From NCBI RefSeq assembly GCF_001194135.2, contig NC_068991.1, positions 80,493,228 through 80,537,300 on the forward strand: 44,073 nucleotides of DNA, given 5' to 3'. The stretch is from Octopus bimaculoides (lineage: Eukaryota). Below the pieces are notes generated by a model, which worked only from the letters and a program-made list of their open reading frames with translations, searched no databases and was not told the DNA's origin. Positions 11,101 through 22,242 of the stretch are shown here, in pieces; the first letter of the stretch is position 1; each line of letters begins with the position of its first letter. Position numbers and translations under genes: made by a program.

Positions 11101-11339
11101 GAAATAAAAATAAAAATAAAAAAATTTTAATATAAATAAGATTATTTGTCTGCGTTAGGCTGATTTGAAACCTGAAGGATTACGTTAGTTACTACAGCCA
11201 ATTTGAATTTTTTTTTTTTTNNNNNNNNNNNNNNNNNNNNNNNNNNNNNNNNNNNNNNNNNNNNNNNNNNNNNNNNNNNNNNNNNNNNNNNNNNNNNNNN
11301 NNNNNNNNNNNNNNNNNNNNNNNNNNNNNNNNNNNNNTA

Positions 11340-11768
11340 TTCATGACGTGGACTGGTTTTTATATAAGCCTGTTATAAAAAAAATAATTACTTTTGCATG
11401 TTCTGATGTTTATTTGTAACTGTTACCCTGGGGGGGGGGGTCATCACCGGATTGCACTATGACGTGTATGGACTACGGTGGTGAACCCTTGAAATGGCCA
11501 TAGGTGCTTGTGTCTGTTTTGACCTATGTTTTTGACCAGTGGTTTTTATGAACTTTTGTAATACAGGCACAGCAGAAACAGGAAGTAAGAGTGAGAGAAA
11601 GTTGTGGTGAAAGAGTACTGCAGGGTACACCACTATCCCCTGCCGGAGCCTCATGGAGCTCTAGGAGTTTTCGCTCAATAAACACTCACAACGCCCAGTT
11701 TGGGAATCGAAACCGCGATCCTATGACCGCGAGTCCGCTGCCCTAACCATTGGGTCATTGCGCCTCCA
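11340..11768 (-). mobile_element. tRNA-derived SINE
   Basis: Head GGCGCAATGACCCAATGGTTAGGGCAGCGGACTCGCGGTCATAGGATCGCGGTTTCGATTCCC has A and B boxes but no acceptor-stem closure, and is followed by a non-tRNA body. Confidence 0.8.
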
Positions 11769-12629
11769 CAATACACATACATATACACATATATATATAT
11801 ATATATANNNNNNNNNNNNNNNNNNNNNNNNNNNNNNNNNNNNNNNNNNNNNNNNNNNNNNNNNNNNNNNNNNNNNNNNNNNNNNNNNNNNNNNNNNNNN
11901 NNNNNNNNNNNNNNNNNNNNNNNNNNNNNNNNNNNNNNNNNNNNNNNNNNNNNNNNNNNNNNNNNNNNNNNNNNNNNNNNNNNNNNNNNNNNNNNNNNNN
12001 NNNNNNNNNNNNNNNNNNNNNNNNNNNNNNNNNNNNNNNNNNNNNNNNNNNNNNNNNNNNNNNNNNNNNNNNNNNNNNNNNNNNNNNNNNNNNNNNNNNN
12101 NNNNNNNNNNNNNNNNNNNNNNNNNNNNNNNNNNNNNNNNNNNNNNNNNNNNNNNNNNNNNNNNNNNNNNNNNNNNNNNNNNNNNNNNNNNNNNNNNNNN
12201 NNNNNNNNNNNNNNNNNNNNNNNNNNNNNNNNNNNNNNNNNNNNNNNNNNNNNNNNNNNNNNNNNNNNNNNNNNNNNNNNNNNNNNNNNNNNNNNNNNNN
12301 NNNNNNNNNNNNNNNNNNNNNNNNNNNNNNNNNNNNNNNNNNNNNNNNNNNNNNNNNNNNNNNNNNNNNNNNNNNNNNNNNNNNNNNNNNNNNNNNNNNN
12401 NNNNNNNNNNNNNNNNNNNNNNNNNNNNNNNNNNNNNNNNNNNNNNNNNNNNNNNNNNNNNNNNNNNNNNNNNNNNNNNNNNNNNNNNNNNNNNNNNNNN
12501 NNNNNNNNNNNNNNNNNNNNNNNNNNNNNNNNNNNNNNNNNNNNNNNNNNNGGGGGGGGGGGGTGAGGGGTGTCAGACAGACGGTGTGTTTTGTAATTGA
12601 GAAAAACAATTTAAGAAAACTGTCAAACA

Positions 12630-12706
12630 ATATAGACACATACATATACACATGAAGAGAGAGGCTCATACACGCACACACTCACACACACACAACGCAC
12701 ACACAA

Positions 12707-12757
<51 letters not shown>

Positions 12758-12786
12758 GTGTGTGTGTGTGTGTGTGTATGTGTGTG

Positions 12787-12880
<94 letters not shown>
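12630..12880. repeat. (CA)n-(TA)n-(TG)n inverted microsatellite pair
   Basis: (CA)n abuts (TG)n across a short (TA)n, so the tract is self-complementary. Confidence 0.95.
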
Positions 12881-12881
<1 letters not shown>

Positions 12882-13076
12882 TGCATTTCTAAATCTCTCA
12901 GAGAGAGTTATGCAGTAACAGCACGATAAAGTGATTGCTTGTTGCCAACTTAATGTGGCAGTCACAGGAAAGGGAAGAACGTTACTGTTATTTAGCCCCA
13001 AGAAACACCGTTTCTAGTTGACTACACGACACAAGCGTTCTGTGTCCTTAAGTTTTCAAACAGAAGAGATAAGCAC

Positions 13077-13107
<31 letters not shown>

Positions 13108-13504
13108 TGTATGTATATCAAGGTTATTTTTGAGATTCAAGTTTAGATAGTAGACTTCAAAATGTAGTATCCAAGGCTAGTCTTGAGTGCATCCCTAGCA
13201 GTGTGCCTTGAGAGCACGTTTACCACTTAAGGTTATCAGGCGTCATCCGCGATACTGCACTTTAGTTGCAGATCTACGTAAGGAATTCCTCGGTGTACGT
13301 TTAGTATATTTTGAATAATTGGTAGGGAAGACAGGGTGTACCGGAAGCCTTTCTTCAGCACGACGACCGTTTCGGCTTACATCTCTCATACTTTAGTCTT
13401 CCAGCATCTGACATAAAGCTACCCACCTCATCTTCCCCTCGTAATAGTGGGAGCTTTTCTTTTTCCTTTTCCCTGTTCTTTTCTTGTCTTGCCAGTTACA
13501 CGGC

Positions 13505-13913
13505 AACCTCACTAGGGGCGGTGGCACGAAAATAAACACGCAGGGGACTCGATAAAGTGGTTGGCATTAGGAAAGGCATCCAGCCACAGAAACCATGACA
13601 AAGCCGTCGTTGGGGCTCAAAGCTCGCCGGATCCAGTTCTACCGTCTAACCCAGGCTTCTCAACCTTTCTTATACCCCGCACCCCTAAAAGCTTTTAATA
13701 TATTCTCGCACCCCTTAAAGTAATAACTTATATAAGAATAAAGCTGCCCGGAGCAATTGCCCTCTTTGGCCCCCTATAAATCCAGCCTTGCTCGCATCTC
13801 TTGTGGGTACGAGCACCCCTGGTTGAGAAACTCTGGTCTAACCGAAACCAGCAAACCAGCATGGAAAGCAGACGGTAAGTAATGATGATAGTGATGATGA
13901 TGATGATGATGAT
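13505..13913 (+). mobile_element. SINE with (GAT)n tail, interrupted by a hAT MITE
   Basis: GTGGTTGGCATTAGGAAAGGCATCCAGCC...CCAGCATGGAAAGCAGACG-(GAT)n. The same family is seen at 18090, 27196, 27925, 30790, 40640 and 42220. Confidence 0.8.
13652..13835. mobile_element. hAT-type MITE (184 bp)
   Basis: TIRs CAGGCTTCTCAACC and GGTTGAGAAACTCTG, with a perfect 8-bp TSD GTCTAACC at 13644-13651 and 13836-13843. Confidence 0.92.
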
Positions 13914-14587
13914 NNNNNNNNNNNNNNNNNNNNNNNNNNNNNNNNNNNNNNNNNNNNNNNNNNNNNNNNNNNNNNNNNNNNNNNNNNNNNNNNNNNNNNN
14001 NNNNNNNNNNNNNNNNNNNNNNNNNNNNNNNNNNNNNNNNNNNNNNNNNNNNNNNNNNNNNNNNNNNNNNNNNTATGTATGTATGTATGTATGTATGTAT
14101 GTATGTATGTGTCAAGCATAGATACTACAGGCATAGATTAAGTGTGAGAAAGACAGCGGATGAGAGAATGTTCTTCAGCTTGAGAAAGAAACCGGTTGCT
14201 TTACAATATACAAAGAAAATATCTCCAACTGATAAAGAACGCCAGGCCAAGTCACTCGCTAGTTTATAGATCTGATTGGCGATCTATTCTTTGATTTGTT
14301 ATTGTTCTTCTTAATGTTGTTGTTGCTGTCATTGCCATCGTCGTCGCTAACGACGTTGAGGTTATTAGTTAAAGTAACTTTGACTGTCCTGTCATTTTAG
14401 AAGTGTTTATATGTTGACAGTAACATGCATGGGTGCTACTTTGGTATGCGATCAACGTAGCCAACCTGATCTACAAGAGTCAAATTCTACTTTTGTATGC
14501 GATCTCCATGTTCCATCGGAAGACTGGAAAACAAAGCTAACCCTAGCGAGATTTAAAATTAGAACGTGAAGTCATACAAGTATTCAC

Positions 14588-14684
14588 CATCATCAAACTC
14601 GCGTACTTGTTTTTCTAAACGATCTTTTCTGTTTGGCTCACATAGGAACAAGATTATGTGAAGTACGAGAAAAGGCCTGCTCAT
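14588..14684 (-). CDS. Candidate initiating (signal-peptide) exon of the lipase gene
   Basis: ATG at 14684 gives MSRPFLVLHIILFLCEPNRKDRLEKQVREFDD, ending G|gtgaat in phase 1, compatible with the 10024 acceptor. It has a short hydrophobic core but no clear cleavage site. Unverified. Confidence 0.3.
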
Positions 14685-15509
14685 AGGTAATTCTGAAAGT
14701 TATTTTTCTTCTATCGTTGGAAGGGTGAAGAGCAAATTTGATTTCGGAGGTTTGAACTCAGAACGTAAAAGGTTATGTTAGAAAATATAGTGTAAATCAT
14801 TTAGTTCGGCGCTCTACCGACCCTGATGCTACCCACCCCTCCCTTCATCTCTTTATCAGCACACATTACAGTGAGAGATAACGAATTATATTCCCAATTA
14901 TCTTTGTTACCATCCGTGACGTTAAATAACAAAATGTCACTAAAGGATGACGGAGTTGTCTCCCTTTGTCTGTAAAATGCGTAAAAATAAAATCAGAAAA
15001 TGTCTTCTGAAAGACGAATACAGAAGGTTTTGAAAACAGTGTTTTTGACAAATTGCAACAAATTTGAGTAACAATATTCAATTTTACTAATCTTATTGAC
15101 ATTTTGACTTTTATTACATTTCTTTTGGTACAATTAGTTATCTTTGAATATAATATTTGAGCCTACAATGTTTTAGTCTAACTTAAGTTACCTCCCTTTA
15201 TACAACTCTGAAGTCGAAAATATTGAGTTTTTGGTTTCAATGAACAAAGAATTGGTAAAGAAATTGTTGCAGCCAAGGACGAGATAGCTTGTGGCATTTG
15301 TTTCTGTGTTTTGCATTCTGAGTACCAAACGTCCATATTTATACTAAACGTGTCCCGAAGGTGTTGTTGGATAACTACAACACAATTTTTTTTTTTAATA
15401 CTGGAAATGAATGAAACTACTTTATTTTCAACCATTACACGACATCACATGACATCCAGACGAAGAGGCACAAACATAAACATACACACACTCATAAATA
15501 TATATTCAT

Positions 15510-15551
<42 letters not shown>

Positions 15552-15685
15552 NNNNNNNNNNNNNNNNNNNNNNNNNNNNNNNNNNNTATATTTACATACT
15601 GAGGGTGATAAATTGAATATTAATTTCAATTTAAAACCAGTGGTCTAGCATATAAAAATTTGATAATTCAGAAAAATTGTATTAC

Positions 15686-15865
15686 ATGCGTATAAGAAGG
15701 GATGACCACTAGGTGGTCATCCAATATGCTAGAAAGAGGTCATCAACGACCCAACCACAAAGAAAAATAAGGTTCTCCAGAAAAAAAATTCAGCAAACAC
15801 CAGGTTGATGGCCTCTTTCTAGCATATTGGATGTCCACCTAGTGGTCATCCCTTCTTATACGCAT
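15686..15865. mobile_element. Foldback or MITE-like element with 62-bp inverted arms
   Basis: 15686-15747 is the reverse complement of 15804-15865 with 2 mismatches. Confidence 0.85.
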
Positions 15866-15910
<45 letters not shown>

Positions 15911-16519
15911 GACATACATACATACATGTATATGTATACATAGTAAAAACCAAGGTGAAAGTAAGTTTATATCTTTATTCAATATATCCTTCTAAGAACA
16001 TAGTTATAAGATTGTTTTGAATAAAATTTTGTTTTACATACACACACATACATACATACACATACATACACATACATACATACACATACATACACATACA
16101 TGCATACATGTAAATGGGACACTAATAGATGGGACCTTAGCCATTCCAGGTCAAATCGAACCTAGGGGTAATGGTAATTAAGATGTGACTCCATGGCCAC
16201 CCACCTACCCAACTACAGAACTTCCAAACAGGAGCTTCATCACCACAAGACGCAGCTTAATGTCATATCCAAGACAAAAATAATTACACTTGGATTCCCC
16301 TGGGATAGAGGAGGAAGCTCCCCTTATTTCTGATAAAGCTTTTGGGAAGACAGCTCTTCTAGAAGAAAGATATTCTGACATAAAACTTGCAGTTAAAATG
16401 GTATCAATCACCTTGCACCGTTTCTCTCTGGCAACCAATAAAGGTAACCAAAACAGAGGTAAAGTTGATGGAGAAGCTTTTGTCACTAGACTCCAATGAC
16501 ATGTCTCAATATTCATTTC

Positions 16520-16665
16520 ATTTCTTTCTGCCGAGGTCAGTTTTGCCTTTCATCCTTTCAGAGTCGATAAATTAAGTACCAGTTGCATGCTGGGGTCAAT
16601 CTAATCGACTGGCCCCAGCTCCCCAAAATATTTCAGGCCTTGTGCCTAGAATAGAAAAGAAAAGA
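16520..16665 (+). mobile_element. SINE fragment of the same family as 28800-28991
   Basis: CTGCCGAGGTC...GTCGATAAATTAAGTACCAGTT is shared, in reverse orientation, with about 28850-28905. Confidence 0.7.
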
Positions 16666-17189
16666 ATATTCAATTCCTTTCTGGATCCATTTTGTATTTT
16701 ATAAAATGCTTTAGCAATGGATGCGTAGCATGAAAAGTCAGATGCACCCATATATTCAAAGACAACAGTAAATTGGAACCACCAGGTTAAATGTTAAATG
16801 GTTTTCATCTGAGAAGATGGAGCAATCACCATCATCATCATTTGTGTAAAAACTGCCATCAATTTATTCATTTCTACTCAACTAATTTTTACTAATATCA
16901 AAATGATGTATGACTTGTTAGTGTCCCCTATTGTAAGATGGAATATTACTGCAAGTAACAATAGGGGTTTGAGACTTAGGAATCATGTGAAAGAACAGGA
17001 TAGCAGCATCAAGGGGCCCTTGTAACAAAGCCAGTCTGGGAGTAGACACTTTTCTTTCAGTTTGAGAGACTAGAATTGCCTTTTGATTTTTATTTCAATA
17101 TGGCTCCTGTTAAGAGACATCGAAACCAAGATTAACGTGCACTGTTTCTCTCATGTTCAACTACTCTGTGTTGTGTTGGTGGTGGGGTG

Positions 17190-17405
17190 GTCTGCGTGCA
17201 TGCATGTGTGTGTATGTATCCATGTATGTGTGTATGCATGTGTGTGTGTGTACGTATGTGTGTGTATGTGCATACGCATGTGTGTGTGTGTGTGCATATG
17301 CATGTGTGCGTGCATGCGTGTGTGCGTGCGTGTGCGTGTGTGTGTGTATATGTGTGTGTGTGTGCGTGTGTGTGTGCATGCATGCATATGTGTGCGTGTG
17401 TGAGT
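17190..17405. repeat. Degenerate (TG)n/(TGCA)n microsatellite
   Basis: Directly visible. Confidence 0.95.
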
Positions 17406-17719
17406 GTGGACTGCTCAATAATATGCTGTGGGAATAATCCGAGTTGAACAGATGGCTGATGTAGAAATCTGTACACGTTAACCCATATGCTCACACACAC
17501 ACACACACACACACACACAGCATTAAGAGAAAATGTTGTTTACACAGAAGCATTCTAATGAAGGTGATAACATTTTTGTTTTGTTAGAAATATATCTTCA
17601 GATGTTATTCAGATCTTTCTGTTAAAAACACAAAGAACTCTGGCGGAGTTGAAGAAAAACTAACAAACCAGATTATAAAGGATGCAATTGGAGTTATTTA
17701 TGTCCAAACAAATTTATTG

Positions 17720-17860
17720 CTGTTGATGATGATGATAATGATGACGATGTTGATGATGATGATGACGATGGCGACGATGTTGACGATGACGATGATGACG
17801 ATGATGATGATGAGGAGGAGCAGGAGGAGCAGGAGGAGGAGCAGGAGGAGGAGCAGGGAG
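17720..17860. repeat. (GAT/GAC)n followed by (GAGGAGCAG)n
   Basis: Directly visible. Confidence 0.93.
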
Positions 17861-18089
17861 GGTTCAAATTTTGGCACAAGGCCAGCAAATTTAATTGGCT
17901 GGGAGCAAGTCAATTGCATCTGCCCTCGTGCCCAGCTGGAACTGACTTTGTCCACCTGGAAAGGATAAAGGGCAGATTTGAGAAGGGGTTTGCAGCTGTT
18001 TCAGCTTTTCTACTTTGCAATCACAAATGGTAATGCCACGAGGGTTTGGATTGTCTCAAAAGTGTTTAGAGGGAAATTCCAGTTTCCCT

Positions 18090-18232
18090 TCATCATCATC
18101 ATCATCATCATCATTATCATCATTATCATTTAAAGTCTGTTTTTCCTGCTGGCATGGGTTGGACGGTTTCAGAAGAGCTAGCAAGCCGGAGGGTTGTGCC
18201 AAGCTCTATTGTCAGGTCTTGGCATGGTTTCT
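18090..18232 (-). mobile_element. 3' fragment of the (GAT)n-tailed SINE
   Basis: (CAT)n followed by TTT...GCTGGCATGGGTTGGACGGTTT, the reverse of the 42220 family tail. Confidence 0.75.
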
Positions 18233-18299
18233 ATGTGACAAGTTTGCGCTTGCATGTGCCAACCCCTTTAAAGAGTGTTCTGGGAACGTTTTATCATGA

Positions 18300-18620
18300 C
18301 ATCAACACCAGTGGAATCACGAAATAACTTGCAGGACAAGACAAAGTCCCCTACACTTAGGGGAGCAGTGTTGAGGGAGGTGACTTTGTGCCCATTGAGG
18401 ACAGGTTAAAAGAATGACAAAGGTAAAGAGAGATTTCGTCCTGTTGTAGAAGAGATATGACTTTGTGTCTCTTGTAATGCACAAATGAGTGAGCGCAGTG
18501 TCCCTGCTTTGTCTTCTTTTTTATTTTCTATATTTATTTATTCATTTTTTTTACTCTGTTTCTTTTGCTACCATTTTTACTGTTTACTTTTATAAATTGC
18601 ATTTTTCTTCAATAAATAAA
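18300..18620 (+). mobile_element. Possible decayed L1/Tx1-like 3' end
   Basis: QVKRMTKVKRDFVLL*KRY loosely parallels QLKRKIGRERK...FENRW at about 34930-35000, and is followed by a T-rich 3' UTR and AATAAA. Confidence 0.3.
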
Positions 18621-20342
18621 ACTATTTACAAACTGAAAGTACAAAAAACAAAATTATTTTAGCAAGAAATATCCAATCCGTCATTGGGTGAATGCAGAAT
18701 GGTGAGAATCCAAACCAGAATGTATCCATGCTTCATACATTCTGGTCAATTTGAATGTGGAAATTGGTCGCTTTTGTCTTTTGTCATCAGAGAAATACTT
18801 CATTCCTTTGGCTGATCTGTGTTCACAAAACACTTGACTGACCAGTGTAAGCGGAGAGAACTTCAAGACACTGCAGTGTTTCAAACTCATTGTATGTCTC
18901 CTCAGTCAAAGCAACTTTCTCAGACTGATGAGCCTGACAAGAGCACAATCTCATGTTTGTGGGAATCGGCAAAATATTGGCTGATTCCTTCTGAGGTCTT
19001 CTAAACCAATAAAGATTCACTAAATGCATGCAGAATGGCAAGAATCCAAACATGTATCCATTCATTCTTAATAAATTCTTAATCCTTTAACATTTAAACC
19101 AGCCACATCTAAAACTAATGTTCAACCCTTTTCAGGGGTTCAAACTAACCACATCCAGCGTCTCAAACCAAAGCCTTGTGAGTAGATTTGGTAGAAGAAA
19201 CTAAAAGAAGCCTGTCATGTAAGTATGTATGTATGGATGGATCGATTGATTGATGTGTGTGTGTATGTATGTACATGCATATGTATATGTGTGTGTGTAT
19301 GTATGTATGCATGTATGTGTGCATGCTTGTGCATGTATGTTTATGCGTATGCATATGTGCATGCATTCATGCATACATGCATATATATGTATGCATGCAT
19401 GTACTGATGCTGTGTTAACGCATCCATGTCGGTGCTGCATAAATGCACCCGTGAGACTGAAACGNNNNNNNNNNNNNNNNNNNNNNNNNNNNNNNNNNNN
19501 NNNNNNNNNNNNNNNNNNNNNNNNNNNNNNNNNNNNNNNNNNNNNNNNNNNNNNNNNNNNNNNNNNNNNNNNNNNNNNNNNNNNNNNNNNNNNNNNNNNN
19601 NNNNNNNNNNNNNNNNNNNNNNNNNNNNNNNNNNNNNNNNNNNNNNNNNNNNNNNNNNNNNNNNNNNNNNNNNNNNNNNNNNNNNNNNNNNNNNNNNNNN
19701 NNNNNNNNNNNNNNNNNNNNNNNNNNNNNNNNNNNNNNNNNNNNNNNNNNNNNNNNNNNNNNNNNNNNNNNNNNNNNNNNNNNNNNNNNNNNNNNNNNNN
19801 NNNNNNNNNNNNNNNNNNNNNNNNNNNNNNNNNNNNNNNNNNNNNNNNNNNNNNNNNNNNNNNNNNNNNNNNNNNNNNNNNNNNNNNNNNNNNNNNNNNN
19901 NNNNNNNNNNNNNNNNNNNNNNNNNNNNNNNNNNNNNNNNNNNNNNNNNNNNNNNNNNNNNNNNNNNNNNNNNNNNNNNNNNNNNNNNNNNNNNNNNNNN
20001 NNNNNNNNNNNNNNNNNNNNNNNNNNNNNNNNNNNNNNNNNNNNNNNNNNNNNNNNNNNNNNNNNNNNNNNNNNNNNNNNNNNNNNNNNNNNNNNNNNNN
20101 NNNNNNNNNNNNNNNNNNNNNNNNNNNNNNNNNNNNNNNNNNNNNNNNNNNNNNNNNNNNNNNNNNNNNNNNNNNNNNNNNNNNNNNNNNNNNNNNNNNN
20201 NNNNNNNNNNNNNNNNNNNNNNNNNNNNNNNNNNNNNNNNNNNNNNNNNNNNNNNNNNNNNNNNNNNNNNNNNNNNNNNNNNNNNNNNNNNNNNNNNNNN
20301 NNNNNNNNNNNNNNNNNNNNNNNNNNNNNNNNNNNNNNNNNN

Positions 20343-22179
20343 GGATGACGACCACCACAGACTGCTGGTCCTACCTGGGGATGACGGTACACTGGTTGGG
20401 CCCCAAGACCTGCATGAGACAACACACCATTCTGGCCTGCTCTGGGCTGAGGCAGACATCCATTACAAGTTCTGTCTGCAACACAAAGTGACCAGGACCA
20501 CGACGGACAATGGCAAAAAACTTTGTCAAGGCAATTCTGCAGTTTGGTAGAAAAGTTGAACTCTTGCCAGACATTCGTGAGGCTGCTGCCAATCCAGACA
20601 TTGAGAGTGTCGAGGATGTGGGCCTGGATGTGGATCCCAAGGCTGGGGATGTGGGTGAAGTTGAGTGCATCTCTGCTGATGCCGTCCTTGACAAGTCCAG
20701 TGGCCCGTGCCTCAGCCTGCCAGTGCACAGCCCATGCCTTCAACGTGGTAGCTAGCATGGATGCTGACAAGACTCTTGACAGCACTTCATTCAATTTGGC
20801 CTACAAGAAAGCCATGTCCAAGGCACAGCAGCTGTGGAATCAGCTGAGTCACAACACGGTGGCAGCTGACAGCATTCCGGATGCACTGAAGAGGAGGTTG
20901 GTAGTCCCCAAGAGCACCAGATGGAACTCTGTGACACTGTTGTTGTCCTCAACAGCCTGCTGGAGAAGAATAGGGGAGCTGTCCACATGGTGATGTCACA
21001 GCTGAAGCTGCAGACCTTCACTGATTCTGATGTCAGCTTCCTGATGGAGTACACCCAGGTGATACCTAATGTTGCCAAGGCCTTGGATGAAATCCAGTGG
21101 GAGGTCCTGGTCTAGCTTGGGAGCCTTCTGCCAATTGTAGCAGCAACAGTCATGAAGTTGAAAGTAGCCAAGTTCAAACATCTCCTGTACTACAGTCCTC
21201 TGATAGACGTGATACTGACAGACATCATGAAAAGGCTTGGGCTCCTCCTAGAAGACCTGGAGTGACAGCTGTCTGCTGCCCTCCATCCCAAGTTTCACCT
21301 GTTCCAGAGCAGTATAACAACCAGGTTAGCAGCATAATGAATGCCATGGAGACCGTCAAAGAGGCAGACCTAATGGAGACCAATGAGGAGGGCAGTAGCC
21401 CCACCAGCAATGAGAATGAGGAAGATGATTTCTTCAGCAACATTACTCGGTTCCAGGAGAGAAGGAGCCACAGGTCACTGAAGTCCAAGGCACAAGACTT
21501 GGTAATGACCTTGGCTGGAGGCCATCTCAAAGGAGGTCCTGACTGAAGTCACCTTTTTGGGTAAGCAGGTCTTGATCAACCTCTTCACCAAGTATTACAC
21601 CACCATCCCATCCAGTGCTGCAACTGGATATTTTGAGGGGCCAAAATGAGAGGTAGACTGTCAGATGGTACCTTTGAGATGTTCTTGTTTATGAAGGACA
21701 ACCAGCATCAGGTTGACGCAATGGAAAAGGCCCAGTCAGAGTAAGTACACCTTGATCGTCATCTGATCTTGGCATGATACTTTTGCTGTACCTTTTTGAT
21801 TCATTTAATACTTTTTTCTACAGTAATTAATGTGTATGTTGATTGAAAAACTAATGTTTAATTTCATTTGTTCATTTAATTATTTGCATACACCTTGATC
21901 TTCATCTGATTTTGGCACGCTACACCCTTTCTGGAAAGCTCCATGTCTAAACTACAACATGCAAATTTCAGCTCTCTAGATTGTTTTTAAAGGTTTTAGA
22001 GCCAAAAAAAATCAAAACGAAGCTAAATTCATATGATAAAAGTTAATGGTTATCAGCTAGCATGAGCTTCTGCTAATTTTTTTATCTGTTTAGTGGTTTA
22101 CTGTCAGCAGAGTTAATTTTTTAGTTAGTGGATTAGCGGTTAGCAAAGCTAACGTTTTGGTTAGCTGTGCCCATCACAG
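20343..22179 (+). mobile_element. hAT DNA transposon (Ac/ZBED-like transposase relic) with right end
   Basis: Frameshifted motifs TTTDCW, TTDNGKNFVK, CTAH, TRWNS, PSSAA and GRLSDGTFEMFLFMK. The right terminus reads CTGTGATGGGCACAGCTAACC on the minus strand, with repeated GCTAAC/GTTAGC subterminal motifs. The left part lies in an N gap. Confidence 0.9.
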
Positions 22180-22208
22180 CATGTATAAATATATACATAT
22201 ATGCATAA

Positions 22209-22240
<32 letters not shown>

Positions 22241-22242
22241 TT

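Noticed and set aside
11140-11210. SECIS or hammerhead at the Penelope 3' end (GGCTG...CAGCC stem, CTGAAGG, GAAAC)
   Set aside because: The core motifs are out of order or incomplete, and there is no GA quartet on the 3' side.
11700-11768. Possible tRNA gene (also at 25910-25973 and 28900-28991)
   Set aside because: A and B boxes are present, but there is no closed cloverleaf and each continues into a SINE body.
11750-12681. Long ORFs spanning N runs (also 2256-3259, 19201-20794, 29006-29850, 35895-36672)
   Set aside because: Their length is an artefact of untranslatable N gaps.
16205-16516. Overlapping ORFs on both strands (MDSPGIEEEAPL..., MNIETCHWSL...)
   Set aside because: No recognisable motif and no convincing splice sites.
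18692-19061. Approximately 35-bp direct repeats 336 bp apart as mini-LTRs
   Set aside because: No TG...CA ends, PBS, PPT or TSD, and the repeats are diverged with an indel.
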